A stretch of 64,000 nt of DNA, taken from assembly GCA_049643885.1 (NCBI GenBank), contig JBARQV010000031.1:20949-84948 (forward strand), read 5' to 3'. Below the pieces are notes generated by a model. The model was not told where the DNA came from, ran no database searches, and saw only the letters and a program-made list of their open reading frames with translations. Made by a program: the position numbers and the translations under genes. Shown here in pieces: positions 49,001 through 58,932 of the stretch; the stretch's first letter is position 1; each line of letters begins with the position of its first letter. Source of the DNA: Candidatus Omnitrophota bacterium (GTDB taxonomy: Bacteria > Omnitrophota > Gorgyraeia > Tantalellales > Tantalellaceae).

Positions 49001-52000
49001 GTTGAAGTTATCTCCCAGCGTTTTATTCTGCCCTTATTATCAAGGGTTACAACATCTCCGTCAGGCGTCAAATCCACATATTTATGAATGAGAGCGTTTT
49101 CTTCTTTTATTGTCGTGATAAGCTTTCCGTTCAGATCCCAGAGCCTTGCACAGCTATCGCCGTCGGTGGTGCAGATAATGGTATTATTTAATACCCCCGC
49201 CGAATAACAACCTCCTATAGTGATGAATTCACCCTCTAGTGCGCCTTCTATCGGTTCTCCGTCAGGGGTCCACAAAAAAGCATGAGCTTCGAATTTATCT
49301 TCATCAGCGCGAAGCCTCCCTAGAATATTTCCGTTTGGAAGAATTATGGGGGCTTCAATAAATTCGCGCCAATTGTAGCCAAACCAGTTCTCGATCTTTA
49401 AAGTTGCAATAGGGTCACCCTTGGAGGTCCAGATCCTTACTCTGTTATCACTATCAAAGGTAAGGACATTGCCGTTAGGGAGGTTTGCCATGCCTTTTGC
49501 TCCCGCCATTACTAGTTCGATTTCCATAGGTGATAATGAGACTGAAAGATTGGTTGCGTATTTATTGCTACTGTTCCACGCTCGTCCTGATGCAAATATC
49601 CACCCGATTGAAGTGGATATCACATATTTCCATACAGCATCTTTGGAAGAAATTCCCCCTTCTAATCTTGGTGATGTTTGCTCGCCGTCTTCGCTGAAAA
49701 CCGTTTGTTTTCCGTCTTTATCGTAAGTGATATATCTTCCGTCATCAAGACGCGCCGCACCGTAATAGGCCATCTCGGTATTAAGTTTTCCCGGACTCAA
49801 GTCTAATCTTAGTTTACCGTATTGGGTCCATACTCTCGCGTGTTCGTCACTATCGGATGTGAGGATCTCGCCATCAGGAAAGACTGTCGCGCCGTAGGCT
49901 CCCACTATAACTTTATCGACTTTTAAAGCGTCTAAGAGATTGCCGCCCTGGTCCCAGAGCCTTGCACTGTCGTTGTCGATGGTAAGGATATTGCCGTCAG
50001 GGAGGACTTCTATGCCCCGTTCTGCTACTGTGATGTTTCCGGACCACAATATGGCCCACCAGCTTTGCTTTTCCACCCTTTCGGTAGAGAACGCGTCTTT
50101 TATAATAACCCCGTTCTTATCCCATAGCCTGACCTTGCCTTCACTGTCCCGGGTGAGTATGTTACCGCTTGGGAGGATCTCCAGAAACGTAATTTCTCCC
50201 GTATCCTCGAATTTTCCCTTTTTCCCCGGGCCTATTTGGCCTTTCCTTGTGTATAGAGTCGGCAAAGTTCTAATATCCAAAGTTGTCGTATCCATAACAG
50301 GCTTCGGAACCACGCAGGTAAATTTGCCGGCCGGTGTATAGAAGACGATCCTGTTTTCACTGTCGCGAATTATCAAATTGCCGTTGGGGTGGACCTTAAA
50401 TGGTATGTCTCCAACGAGCATCCTGCCTGAAAATTTAAAATCAAAATCCACCACTTTTTGAGCCGTAGAAAGCGGCCCAGTCAGTTTAGGCGTTTCTTCC
50501 GACGCGGAAACTGGAGGTTCGGGTTTTTTGAATTTCAGGACGGAAATATGTCCTATCTCTGCCGCGTTGGCAACGTAGACAGTGTCATCTTTATCTATGG
50601 CCAGGCCTCGCGGTTGTTTGAATTTTCCTTGCAACTGATCTATGATCCCGTTGTCGCCAAAAGCGGGGTTCCGGCTTTTTCCATCCGGATTCAGGACTAT
50701 CATTGCTTCGGCATTACTTATGATCACGTAGATATTCCCTTTACTATCTATGCCTATGCCTTGTTTTACCACTTCCAACAGCTTTCTTTCCCCCAAGTCT
50801 TCAAAATCAAGGGGTATTGTCCCGTCATTTCCAAAAGCCGTATTAAGGCTTCCATCCGGCTTCAGAACGGATATTGTGCCGTTGCCGTCGTTGAGCACAA
50901 AGATATTGCCTTTATTATCTAATGCTATGCCGACAGGTTTACTGAATTTACCGGTTTCCTTTGGTATTGTTCCTGATGACGCGAACCCTGTTTTCAGGGT
51001 CAGATCGGGGTTAAGAACGGTCAGCGATTCGTTCCTCGCATCGACAACCAGGAAATTTCCTTCCTTGTCCCTGACCATGTCAACGGGCGTACTAAGGCCC
51101 AATGGTTCATAATCTACCAGTCCTTTATTGCCGAAATAGCGGTTTAGCTTCTTCCCATCAGGATTTAGGACGGAAAAGTTTCTTCTCCGGTTAACGCCAA
51201 TGATATTACCGGCATCATCTATAACTGCGCATATCAGCCGTTCGATCTTGCCCGATATGATCCCTTTCTTACCGAAATTTCGGTTTAGAGCTTTCTCGTC
51301 CGAATTAACAACCGACATCCAATCGCCTTCGTTACTTACGAAAATATTTCCTTGTTTGTCGACAGCTACATTGAATGGCATTACAAAGTTGCCCGTTTCC
51401 CGCGGGATCACGCTTACTTCCAGCTCGCACTTGACTGTAGTCGGAGATCCGGGTTCTGCCGGCGATTTGACGGGAGTTTTTTCTTCTCCGGGGCGTGGTT
51501 CGATCAAGGCCTCTTCGCCGTATGAATTTTTCAAAGAGTCGCCGGTTTCGCCCGGAACGCCGGGGGCTTCTGCGACGGATACGGCGGACTTTTCCACCGG
51601 GACCTCCACCCAGAACCAGGTCTTGCCTTCTTCCACATCGAAGTTTGTTTCTATGCCGAGTGAATCAAGCTCAAGTTTAGCTTTAAGGAATCCCTGGAGA
51701 GCGCGGGGTGCTGTTTTTTCGATCTCTTCCGCGTTCTCGTATTTTGTCGCGAAAATATGCCGCTGGAGGAATTTGCTGAACCCGGAATTGTAACCGATAG
51801 CTACACATAAACCCCCGTCACTCTGGCCCGCAGCTAATCCCACGAGTTTTCCGGCCTCTTGTGCTTCCTTAAGACGGTCCGGAAGGCTTTCAGGGAGAGA
51901 TTCCCAGTAATCTTTTATCACCATCCTGTCCTTTTCGTAAAGAAAAGACTCAAAATTGGCTCTTTTTGTGATCCTTACAGTTTCTTTTATCCAGCCATCC

Positions 52001-55000
52001 AGCGCTTTCTTTTTCTCGTCCGGGGCTTTGGCGACTATTTCCTTTCGTCCCGCGTTTGCCTCTTTATCTTTGCTGCGGAAATCGGGACTGGTCAATACGA
52101 AATTATCGGTAAGCTGTGAGGGATCAATGGCTTTCCCTGCGCCTATCGCGACTTCTTTTCTGAAACCGAATATCTCTTCCAGGTCGCCTATCGTGATCGC
52201 TTCGGCAGGTCTTTCCTTAAAGCGCTCGGCAATACCCGTTATTGCGGCCCTGTCCCGCTCGCCCAGTTCTTCGACTTCTTGCGCTTCTTCCCGCTTTTGA
52301 TGTTCAAAAACGATCTTTCCTTTTTCAAATTTCGCCGTTATCGTGTCGCCCCTTCGTATAGCGGCTATATTTTGTGTCATGTAAGTTGAAAGCGGGTTCT
52401 CAAAATGCCTTTTTACTGCGTCTGCCATGGGACGCGCGCCGTATTCAGCTATGTATCCTTTTTCGGCAAGCATCCTGTTGATGCTGGCTTTTTCCTCATC
52501 ATTCCGGCCGATAACGAGGTTTATTCCCTGCTTATCCCTGAAGCGTTCCATCGTTTCCGACAAGAAGAGCTGGACTATCTTTGTGAGCGAATCCAGGGGA
52601 AGCGGGTTAAATACCAGCGTGCCATCGAGGCGGTTCAGAAATTCCGGTCTGAAGAACCTTTTCACGGCATTGCTGACCGAAACGTTCATTTTTTCTATGA
52701 ACGCTTTTATCTTTTCCGGGTCACCGCTTTTGACGGCTTCTTCCATTTCTGGATATAACGATACGGGATGAGGCCTGCCGCCCTCTATCACGATGTCCTT
52801 CATTCCCAGGTTCGTGGTAAGTATGATGATCGATTCATTGAACTTCACGGTGTCGCCCCGGTTTGAGGTAAGCCTTCCGTCTTCCATCACCTGGAGAAGT
52901 ATATTCATCACATCAGCGGCCGCTTTGTCTATTTCGTCGAAAACGATAACCGTCTTCGGATATTTTTTCATATGTTCAAAAAGGTAACCCTCGCCTTCAT
53001 CATATCCCACGAATCCCGGGGGAGCGCCTATAAGCCGTGAAAGGTCTTCCCTGGTCTTGTATTCGCTCATGTCGATCCGGAGCATTTTCATGCCCAGTGT
53101 ATCGGCAAGCGTTTGAGCGGTCTGTGTCTTGCCCACCCCGGTAGGCCCGGCGAAAACAAATGCCCCAAGAGGCGCTTTCGGTGACTTCAGCCCCGCCTTG
53201 GCGACCCTTACTACACTGCTTACGGTTGAAAGCGAGTCATCCTGGCCGACTACGCGGTTCTTGAGGTTGTCCTCAAGAGCGAGGAAGTTCGCCCTTTCGT
53301 CCCGCTTTAATGAATCCGTATCGATCTCTACCTGGCCTCTCCTTGCTTCAAGCTCGCTTATAAATTCAAGCGCCTCATCCTGCCCGATGGCGGGTGACGA
53401 TTTTTCTCCCATTCTTTCCTTGGAAGCGTTGACGCGCCGGACAAGCGTCTTTATTTCATCGATCCCTAAAAGGTCTTCTTCTGAAACTTCTTCGTTCGCG
53501 GCGGCGTCCTGGAGTTCTTCTTTGAGCTGTTCCAGGCTGTCCCTGAGTTCCACCGCGACGCGCGATTCTTTCTGCCGCCTTTCGAGGGCGAGCCCGCTGA
53601 ACCACCTGTTAAGCACCTCTACCGCAGAATATGACGAGAAATACTGTTCCCACAGCCGGACCGCCACGCGCATGGCTTCAAAACTTATCTGGATACCGGG
53701 CTTGCCGTTACTTGTCTTTTTCTCTATATAATCCTTTATAAAGAGATGCAGGTTTTCCATTACGGCGCTTGCTTCCTGCGGGAGCATGTCGACCAGCGTA
53801 AAATGCTGGTCAAAGGAATCGTCTTCGGTGATCGACTGGCGCGACGATGTCATGACAAAAGAGACCGTCTTGAGTCCCCTGAACATCCTCAGGAAATACC
53901 CGAGCATGAACGGGTTTACCCTTACCTTTTCAAGCTCGTCCTTGACGTCGTCAAAATCGATCACAATGATGGTCTTGAGGCCTTTTTTCTCGCCGTCTTT
54001 TTCGATAAGCTCGGCCAGTTCTCTCATCTTTATCTCGAAATAACCCACCATGGAGAAGTAACTTTTAAGGGACTCCAGTTTCAAGCGAAGGATACGGGTA
54101 TCAGTAAATCCTGAGATCTCCCCGCGCGACGCGCGCGCGACAAAACTGTCGACCACCATCCTCTTGGCCAGGATAGAATCGCTCAGGACCAAAGGATAAT
54201 TCCTTCTTTTCTGGTTAAGGACGGATGAAAGGCGGCCGATAGTCTCGAACGGCGGGTAAAGGTCTTCTAAAACGCCTTCGGCCGCGTCAAGGCTCAGGTT
54301 CTCAAACGCCCCGTTCAGTTCCTTGCGGAGCTTCTCCTGTTCCGCTATCGACTGCTCTTGCATTTCGTCCTGCATTTTCCTGGCGCTTTCTTCATTGCCG
54401 CTTTTTCTGGTCGCCAGTATCGTCCTTTTCCTTACCAGGAGTTCAAGCTCCGTCCGTTCTTTTATCATCCTTTCCGATATTGCCTGCTTCTGCGAATCGC
54501 TGCTTGTCCTGCGCAGCTGGTTGTCCATTATCTTCTGGTTGGCCTGCAGCTCCTGTATCCTTACTTCGATCTTTTTGAGTTCAGTGTCGATATTTTCGGG
54601 ACTTAAGTCCATTTCCGGCAGGCTTTCGGGGTCGGCGATGTCTATTTCGTATTTTTTACGCATATCTTCAAGCAGTGTCTGCCGGATCTCCATTGCCCTC
54701 GAGTCTTCTTTATCTGGGACCGAGAATGATTTAGCCATGACCTGAATTGATATATTTTTGATGTCGAGCAGTTCATATAATTTCTCGGCAGGCGTTTCTT
54801 TAGTCCCTTCTTTCTTTAAACGGTCTATGGCCTTCCTGTGCCGTGCCTGTTCTGTTTCCTGTTTTTCTTTTTTGGTCTTAAATATGGCTTTTCCGTCTGA
54901 AACGTCAGCTTCTATTGTTTCTCCTTTATTTATAGAGTCGGCAAGGATAAGGTCAGCCAGCGGGGCCAGCACTATCCTTTTTAAAGACCTTTCCAGGGGC

Positions 55001-58000
55001 CTGGCGCCGTTCGTGACATCGTATCCTTCCTCCAGGACCTTTTCGCGAAGAGTTTGACTCAGGCGAAGTTCCCCGTAACCTTCCGCGGAAAGGAGTTTAT
55101 TGACGTTCTTGAGCTTTATATCCAGTATTTTTTCCAGGTCTTCCTTTGAAAGAGGATTAAAATTGATTATGTTCGGCAGGCCTATGCGGCCGATCAATTC
55201 CGGCCGCAAGCCGGCTTTTACGGCTGCAATGACTTCATCTCTTACTTTCCGCCTTAGGGCTTCCAGTTCTTCCAGCGCCTCTTCTCCTCCCCGGTCCTTG
55301 AGCATGGCGATCTTGACATACTTTTCGTTGAGCGCTCTTGTTCTCTCCGGGTCGGCCGCATACCCTTCGCTGAAACCTATATTCGAAGTCATTATTATGA
55401 TAGTGTTCCTGAAGTTGGCCATTCTTCCCTTCCCGTCGCGAAGCTCGCCGTTATTAAGGACCTGCAGGAGCAGGTCGAGCGTCTTGGGATGGGCTTTTTC
55501 CACCTCATCCAGAAGGACGACGCTGTATGGCCTTTTCAGGACGTGATTGGTAAGTTGCCCGCCTTCTTCGTACCCGACGTATCCCGGGGGCGAGCCGATC
55601 AGTTTATATGAATCGCTCTGGTTCATGTATTCACTCATGTCGATGCGCACCATGGCGTCTTCCGAGCCGAACATGTGCCGGGCAAGGGAACGCGCGAATT
55701 CCGTTTTTCCCACACCGGTAGGCCCGACAAGGAGGAATGCCCCGATAGGCAGGTTCCCGCTCGCGCCGATCACTCTTCTGCGCGAGAATGCCTGGTAGCT
55801 GTCATTGATGGCTTTGTCCTGGCCGATAAGCATGCCCTGGAGTTTAGGGACATAATCCTTGAGAAGCTCGTCTTCGGAAGCAAGTATCTCGTAGAGCGGG
55901 ACGCCGCTGTCTTCGGATATCTGTTTAGCTATTGTCTCTATAGTTATTTCCCATTTTTTGCTTTTGGTGATGTCTTCTATGAATTGCCGGTTCTCTTCCA
56001 GCTCCTTCTCGACCGCTTCCTGCTCGCTCAAAAGCCTGTCCAATGAAAGTTCCAGGAATTTTTGCTGCTCAGCGTCTTTCTCGTCCGCGCCGCACTTTAT
56101 CAGTTCTTTTGATGTCCTCAGTATCCTTTCCAGTATATCCGCTCTTTTTGCTTCAAGCCTTGATGCGGTCGTGAACGCGCGCGTGATTATCCTGTCGATG
56201 ACTTCCTGAAGTTTGTTTACCGAAAGCCCCTGTGGATAATGCTTCTGGCTCAGTCTGAGGGCTTCATCGAGGATCTTTCTTGGAACCTGGACTTTTACGC
56301 CTTCGGGGATGATGTCTTTATACGCGGAATTTATCCTGCGGGTGAAACTCTTCGCGATCCTCAACAGGTCATATTCCGGGGGCGCCCGCATGTCCAGGAC
56401 AGAAAACTTCGGTTCAAGGCGCTTGTCTTTCGCGAGGACAGTATCATAAAGCTGCGGATTGCCCAGGATGACCACGCTTATATTTTCGTTTTCGATTGCT
56501 TCCTTCAGCTGGAAATACAAGCTGGCCATCATGCCCGATTTCATTTTCTGGACGTCATAAAAATCCTGGAAGTTCAGGACAAGGACTGATCTTTCGTTCT
56601 TGCGCGCGGCCTTTAACGCGCTTGTTAGCTTGGCCAGTTCCATTTCAAGCTGGCCGGGTATAGCGAGATTCTCGGCGAATCGGGCGGTATTTATCTCGAA
56701 AAATTTCGCTTTTCTCAAGTTATCAAGCCCTGTTGAAGTCTCCCCTTTGCGCACTACTATTCCTTCTATCAATCCCTGGCATGCGATAGGGTCGCCTACG
56801 ATCATGACGTTGTTCATCTCCGGGTCCGTGATCTGGTCGTTCAGAAAAGCCGCGTAATTCGCCACGTAATACGTGTCGTCTATCTTTCCGTCTTCAACCA
56901 GTTCATCCAGGTCGTTGGTGTATTGTTTGATGTAATCGGGATTCGCTTGACCCTGGCCTTGAGGCCCGGCAGGAACACTCTCGCCTAATTCGAGCAGGAT
57001 CAATATAGGCGCAGCTATTATCCCCGCTAAGAACATCCATTCAAGAGGCATGATCCCGGCTGTTGTCGCGTTCACTCCCAGGTCAAGGGTCATCCCGAAG
57101 CCATGCTTAAGTGTAAAATAAGCCCCGATGCCGATCCACCATAACATATGATGGTGGTGATGGCCGCTCAGATGCTGTTTTAAGTGCGCCAGTTTTTGCG
57201 CGAGAATGGATCCTGTGGTTTGTTGGGCAGCCCCGTCGGTTCCGTTAGGTTTATCGTCACTTTCGCCGGGCGTGATCTCCTTGCCGGCTTTTTCGTATAT
57301 CCTTTCAAGGGCTCCCCTGCCCCTGTCGCTTCTTAAAACCTTGCCTATCGCGGCCGGGTTATCCTGGACCAGGACTTTTTGCTGGATAGCCTGGATCACC
57401 GCGCCCATTACTTCCTCAAAGTTCTTGTCTTTTTTATCGGACCTTAAATAACGGACAACCGTCTTTATCGTTACTTCCCTTATATCGTGCTTCTCCTCAT
57501 CGCTTACCTCGGTTTCCAGGTCATCTTCGCCCTCTTCTTCAAGGGCGTCGGCAAGTTCGTCCAGTTCTTCGCCCATCTCTTCGACGGCTTTCTCGACCTC
57601 TTCGACGATCCTGTCGGCATCTTCTTCGTTTTCTTCCTTTTCTTTTTCCCGTCTCAATGCTTCCAGATAGTACATCCTGTCGCATATGCTTAATATTGAT
57701 GGGACCAGAACGGCAAGAAGAATGACCACTATCGGCAGGCCGCCTATCATTGACGCGCCGGCCGTGTGGCAACCGGTCATGAATGAGCCGCCTATAACGG
57801 CCAGGATAAGCCCAAGAAGGGTCTTTCCGGGGCCGGATTTCTTTTCTTTAGCGGGTATTTTCTGGTCTATAAAGATCCTTAGGGCTTTGCCCAATAATCC
57901 CTTACTCATCCCCTTTCCGGGAAAATGGTCCGGAAAGAACTCCTGCTGGGCAAGGATAGCGTGGTAATGGCTAAGAGTCGGGCAGATAAGTTCATGCAGA

Positions 58001-58842
58001 AGATACTCGTCGATCAGATGCGGGCGGCACATATTTTCAAGTTCCGCGATAAAGTCAGTGGCAAGGAAGATCTCCTTATCTCCGGGGTAATGACGTCCCA
58101 GGAAGAAATCATCTTTTCCTTCTACGATAGATTTTAACCCATAGATCGTGTATCCACCGCTTTCTATTTTTTCTATTAATTCTTCAAGCGCCCTTCTGTG
58201 TTCAGGAGCCAGGCTGAATAGGCTGACGCCTTGAGTGAATTTTTCAAGCAGGCTTACCAGTCGTTCTTTATACTCGTCGGTTATGTCTTCTTTCGGGGCT
58301 TGTTCGAACTTTTTAGCGGACAATTCGCCCTGATGGATAAACCCGTCGCCCGTTTTCCCTTCTTCTGCTGTTTTTTCATCTATTTCGGGCTTGCTTTCGG
58401 GTTCTGCGGGTTCAGCCGCGGCCGGCTTTTCGCCTTTCTTTCTTATCGCGGTATCAAAATCGTTTTCAGGGTCTATCACGACTTCGAATTCAATAAAATC
58501 TTTTTTGCCCGGGATGATCCATTTTCCGGTTTCGTCCTGCCTCTTTTCATTGCTGTCAAAGAATAAATGCACTTTTTCACCGTTCACTTCAGGAAAAAGG
58601 TGTTCAGTGATCTCTTCAAAGGGTTTATGGAGGCCGCGCAAGTAAACCTGCACGGCAACCTGGACCGAAAAAAGATTTGCGGGTTCCCAAAAGTTGCTGG
58701 CAGCACTAAGATACATATTTGCCGCGCCTCTCTGGAATATGTCAGGATTCGCCCATGTAACGTTGTTAACAGTGAACAGGCACACTATCACCACGGCTAT
58801 TATCTTTATCCATGCCCTATTCCTGTTTTTCGCGTTTTCCAT
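46051..58842 (-). CDS. giant membrane-anchored multidomain protein (~4263 aa): 2x ClpB-like AAA+ modules (degenerate NBD1 + intact NBD2), NHL beta-propeller, multiple WD40-like repeats, unknown C-terminal domain
   Basis: Start ATG 58842 with SD AAGGTGA (the longest ORF runs to 59061, but that extension passes through the leader hairpins and repeats). Signal-anchor AWIKIIAVVIVCLFTV plus two TM hairpins. Degenerate NBD1 NNVMIVGDPIACQGL. Walker A GPTGVGKT at nt ~55702-55725 and ~53130-53153; Walker B VVLLDEVEKAHP and VIVFDEIDKAA; GARPLER and GARPMAD sensor-2. NHL repeats at nt ~50450-51450. WD40-like repeats (e.g. HRDGAIRLWN, HKDGTIRVWD) at nt ~47100-50400. Confidence 0.85.
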   Translation of the reverse strand: MENAKNRNRAWIKIIAVVIVCLFTVNNVTWANPDIFQRGAANMYLSAASNFWEPANLFSVQVAVQVYLRGLHKPFEEITEHLFPEVNGEKVHLFFDSNEKRQDETGKWIIPGKKDFIEFEVVIDPENDFDTAIRKKGEKPAAAEPAEPESKPEIDEKTAEEGKTGDGFIHQGELSAKKFEQAPKEDITDEYKERLVSLLEKFTQGVSLFSLAPEHRRALEELIEKIESGGYTIYGLKSIVEGKDDFFLGRHYPGDKEIFLATDFIAELENMCRPHLIDEYLLHELICPTLSHYHAILAQQEFFPDHFPGKGMSKGLLGKALRIFIDQKIPAKEKKSGPGKTLLGLILAVIGGSFMTGCHTAGASMIGGLPIVVILLAVLVPSILSICDRMYYLEALRREKEKEENEEDADRIVEEVEKAVEEMGEELDELADALEEEGEDDLETEVSDEEKHDIREVTIKTVVRYLRSDKKDKNFEEVMGAVIQAIQQKVLVQDNPAAIGKVLRSDRGRGALERIYEKAGKEITPGESDDKPNGTDGAAQQTTGSILAQKLAHLKQHLSGHHHHHMLWWIGIGAYFTLKHGFGMTLDLGVNATTAGIMPLEWMFLAGIIAAPILILLELGESVPAGPQGQGQANPDYIKQYTNDLDELVEDGKIDDTYYVANYAAFLNDQITDPEMNNVMIVGDPIACQGLIEGIVVRKGETSTGLDNLRKAKFFEINTARFAENLAIPGQLEMELAKLTSALKAARKNERSVLVLNFQDFYDVQKMKSGMMASLYFQLKEAIENENISVVILGNPQLYDTVLAKDKRLEPKFSVLDMRAPPEYDLLRIAKSFTRRINSAYKDIIPEGVKVQVPRKILDEALRLSQKHYPQGLSVNKLQEVIDRIITRAFTTASRLEAKRADILERILRTSKELIKCGADEKDAEQQKFLELSLDRLLSEQEAVEKELEENRQFIEDITKSKKWEITIETIAKQISEDSGVPLYEILASEDELLKDYVPKLQGMLIGQDKAINDSYQAFSRRRVIGASGNLPIGAFLLVGPTGVGKTEFARSLARHMFGSEDAMVRIDMSEYMNQSDSYKLIGSPPGYVGYEEGGQLTNHVLKRPYSVVLLDEVEKAHPKTLDLLLQVLNNGELRDGKGRMANFRNTIIIMTSNIGFSEGYAADPERTRALNEKYVKIAMLKDRGGEEALEELEALRRKVRDEVIAAVKAGLRPELIGRIGLPNIINFNPLSKEDLEKILDIKLKNVNKLLSAEGYGELRLSQTLREKVLEEGYDVTNGARPLERSLKRIVLAPLADLILADSINKGETIEADVSDGKAIFKTKKEKQETEQARHRKAIDRLKKEGTKETPAEKLYELLDIKNISIQVMAKSFSVPDKEDSRAMEIRQTLLEDMRKKYEIDIADPESLPEMDLSPENIDTELKKIEVRIQELQANQKIMDNQLRRTSSDSQKQAISERMIKERTELELLVRKRTILATRKSGNEESARKMQDEMQEQSIAEQEKLRKELNGAFENLSLDAAEGVLEDLYPPFETIGRLSSVLNQKRRNYPLVLSDSILAKRMVVDSFVARASRGEISGFTDTRILRLKLESLKSYFSMVGYFEIKMRELAELIEKDGEKKGLKTIIVIDFDDVKDELEKVRVNPFMLGYFLRMFRGLKTVSFVMTSSRQSITEDDSFDQHFTLVDMLPQEASAVMENLHLFIKDYIEKKTSNGKPGIQISFEAMRVAVRLWEQYFSSYSAVEVLNRWFSGLALERRQKESRVAVELRDSLEQLKEELQDAAANEEVSEEDLLGIDEIKTLVRRVNASKERMGEKSSPAIGQDEALEFISELEARRGQVEIDTDSLKRDERANFLALEDNLKNRVVGQDDSLSTVSSVVRVAKAGLKSPKAPLGAFVFAGPTGVGKTQTAQTLADTLGMKMLRIDMSEYKTREDLSRLIGAPPGFVGYDEGEGYLFEHMKKYPKTVIVFDEIDKAAADVMNILLQVMEDGRLTSNRGDTVKFNESIIILTTNLGMKDIVIEGGRPHPVSLYPEMEEAVKSGDPEKIKAFIEKMNVSVSNAVKRFFRPEFLNRLDGTLVFNPLPLDSLTKIVQLFLSETMERFRDKQGINLVIGRNDEEKASINRMLAEKGYIAEYGARPMADAVKRHFENPLSTYMTQNIAAIRRGDTITAKFEKGKIVFEHQKREEAQEVEELGERDRAAITGIAERFKERPAEAITIGDLEEIFGFRKEVAIGAGKAIDPSQLTDNFVLTSPDFRSKDKEANAGRKEIVAKAPDEKKKALDGWIKETVRITKRANFESFLYEKDRMVIKDYWESLPESLPDRLKEAQEAGKLVGLAAGQSDGGLCVAIGYNSGFSKFLQRHIFATKYENAEEIEKTAPRALQGFLKAKLELDSLGIETNFDVEEGKTWFWVEVPVEKSAVSVAEAPGVPGETGDSLKNSYGEEALIEPRPGEEKTPVKSPAEPGSPTTVKCELEVSVIPRETGNFVMPFNVAVDKQGNIFVSNEGDWMSVVNSDEKALNRNFGKKGIISGKIERLICAVIDDAGNIIGVNRRRNFSVLNPDGKKLNRYFGNKGLVDYEPLGLSTPVDMVRDKEGNFLVVDARNESLTVLNPDLTLKTGFASSGTIPKETGKFSKPVGIALDNKGNIFVLNDGNGTISVLKPDGSLNTAFGNDGTIPLDFEDLGERKLLEVVKQGIGIDSKGNIYVIISNAEAMIVLNPDGKSRNPAFGDNGIIDQLQGKFKQPRGLAIDKDDTVYVANAAEIGHISVLKFKKPEPPVSASEETPKLTGPLSTAQKVVDFDFKFSGRMLVGDIPFKVHPNGNLIIRDSENRIVFYTPAGKFTCVVPKPVMDTTTLDIRTLPTLYTRKGQIGPGKKGKFEDTGEITFLEILPSGNILTRDSEGKVRLWDKNGVIIKDAFSTERVEKQSWWAILWSGNITVAERGIEVLPDGNILTIDNDSARLWDQGGNLLDALKVDKVIVGAYGATVFPDGEILTSDSDEHARVWTQYGKLRLDLSPGKLNTEMAYYGAARLDDGRYITYDKDGKQTVFSEDGEQTSPRLEGGISSKDAVWKYVISTSIGWIFASGRAWNSSNKYATNLSVSLSPMEIELVMAGAKGMANLPNGNVLTFDSDNRVRIWTSKGDPIATLKIENWFGYNWREFIEAPIILPNGNILGRLRADEDKFEAHAFLWTPDGEPIEGALEGEFITIGGCYSAGVLNNTIICTTDGDSCARLWDLNGKLITTIKEENALIHKYVDLTPDGDVVTLDNKGRIKRWEITSTGDYRLFLRVLATGDIANMPDMPIENFDANRLIKANAECIVDPAASIDKTDDLKEGDIIYFINTNLLEYVFLVTKLLEDGKLGYKVLFARGPREFVPIPGTEKESSIPEDQLRSGRVYRIMDREQFDETRSQAFTDLKRFIATGDMTAVVGIPQDMVQLSKFIRKNAECVYKILFRERLDFLQVGDVIFTRDQDSEDYIISTISEILWPESMREPVFKVNIICRVSPGLKLRWSGNELSEATIIAGDSRIAENGIYRIMTATEAALRGAADIPSAGPDKPEPVKQESKSIPFKLDPDAESKITGPVVNQRSDGEWLLYTDDLLSKFETKERWTPPVEDNSAQMLFTKNTETEIEVTFSGYASPITKTAILDTLETRDKRIVTGHRDGAIRLWNITKNKVYILMKGPGEVKSLEVSPSGNIITSYARAKIEIMNFTAKTIKTYLSTTKDRSEKIRSITPLSEEKIGFNQLIQKERNIGILDTASGEVRILAYPPPALSRSNVFLTLEALLPDGNFVMRRESGSKTRREVSYLVATSRKNDDHQDMGTVGIYRNTKFIGRALTGETLKSVSSLAVLTDKKIVTGHKDGTIRVWDLDAKEVSLFKGHDSKVSSITRYGDNQFISADKEGYVKFWDLSTNTCRALTEHEGLGEKKMETMNDDNVMSASFSPDSLSVKIKIAKPQEAIDKFRDLGLDSDEDVIRGERAVEKIISIRDLGLASTLEVIDITGDPKGVLRIIDFKEALELARANMLYFKGDKWYVFGGGYLPPDESTSDETLRDLTIPEKLAKCLREAALSLTFNKKIVLAFDTKVAAGSNEDPLGRLMEALRELKEDEANAAILNNLVIVPADSKNMPTELAEHIADKNTEVFVFASTESRKDLRNIESQVHSSYIDHKEFHPDAYFPIAEVVVITLADYCESVLGETGIKNRLTIRNKTLNLDELNIESINKEDAKTLVFKLLPNAKRYDKSRLIKSYATLRRLLIAA

Positions 58843-58857
58843 ATTGTTGTCACCTTT

Positions 58858-58883
58858 TAGCTCGATAAATCGAGCAACTACAT
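58858..58883. promoter_or_regulatory. palindromic hairpin motif copy 1 (GCTCGA-TAAA-TCGAGCAACTAC) in the giant-gene leader
   Basis: Part of a 29 nt direct repeat ttttagctcgataaatcgagcaactacat that occurs twice, 47 nt apart, directly upstream of the RBS. Confidence 0.6.
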
Positions 58884-58902
58884 TTGTTGTATCGGGTCGT
58901 TT

Positions 58903-58930
58903 TTTAGCTCGATAAATCGAGCAACTACAT
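58903..58930. promoter_or_regulatory. palindromic hairpin motif copy 2
   Basis: Identical 29 nt repeat. Confidence 0.6.
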
Positions 58931-58932
58931 CC

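Noticed and set aside
46334-58915. Dozens of 60-200 aa plus-strand ORFs inside the giant gene
   Set aside because: All are antisense to one continuous 12.8 kb minus-strand frame with strong domain content. They are Ser/Phe/Leu-rich shadows.
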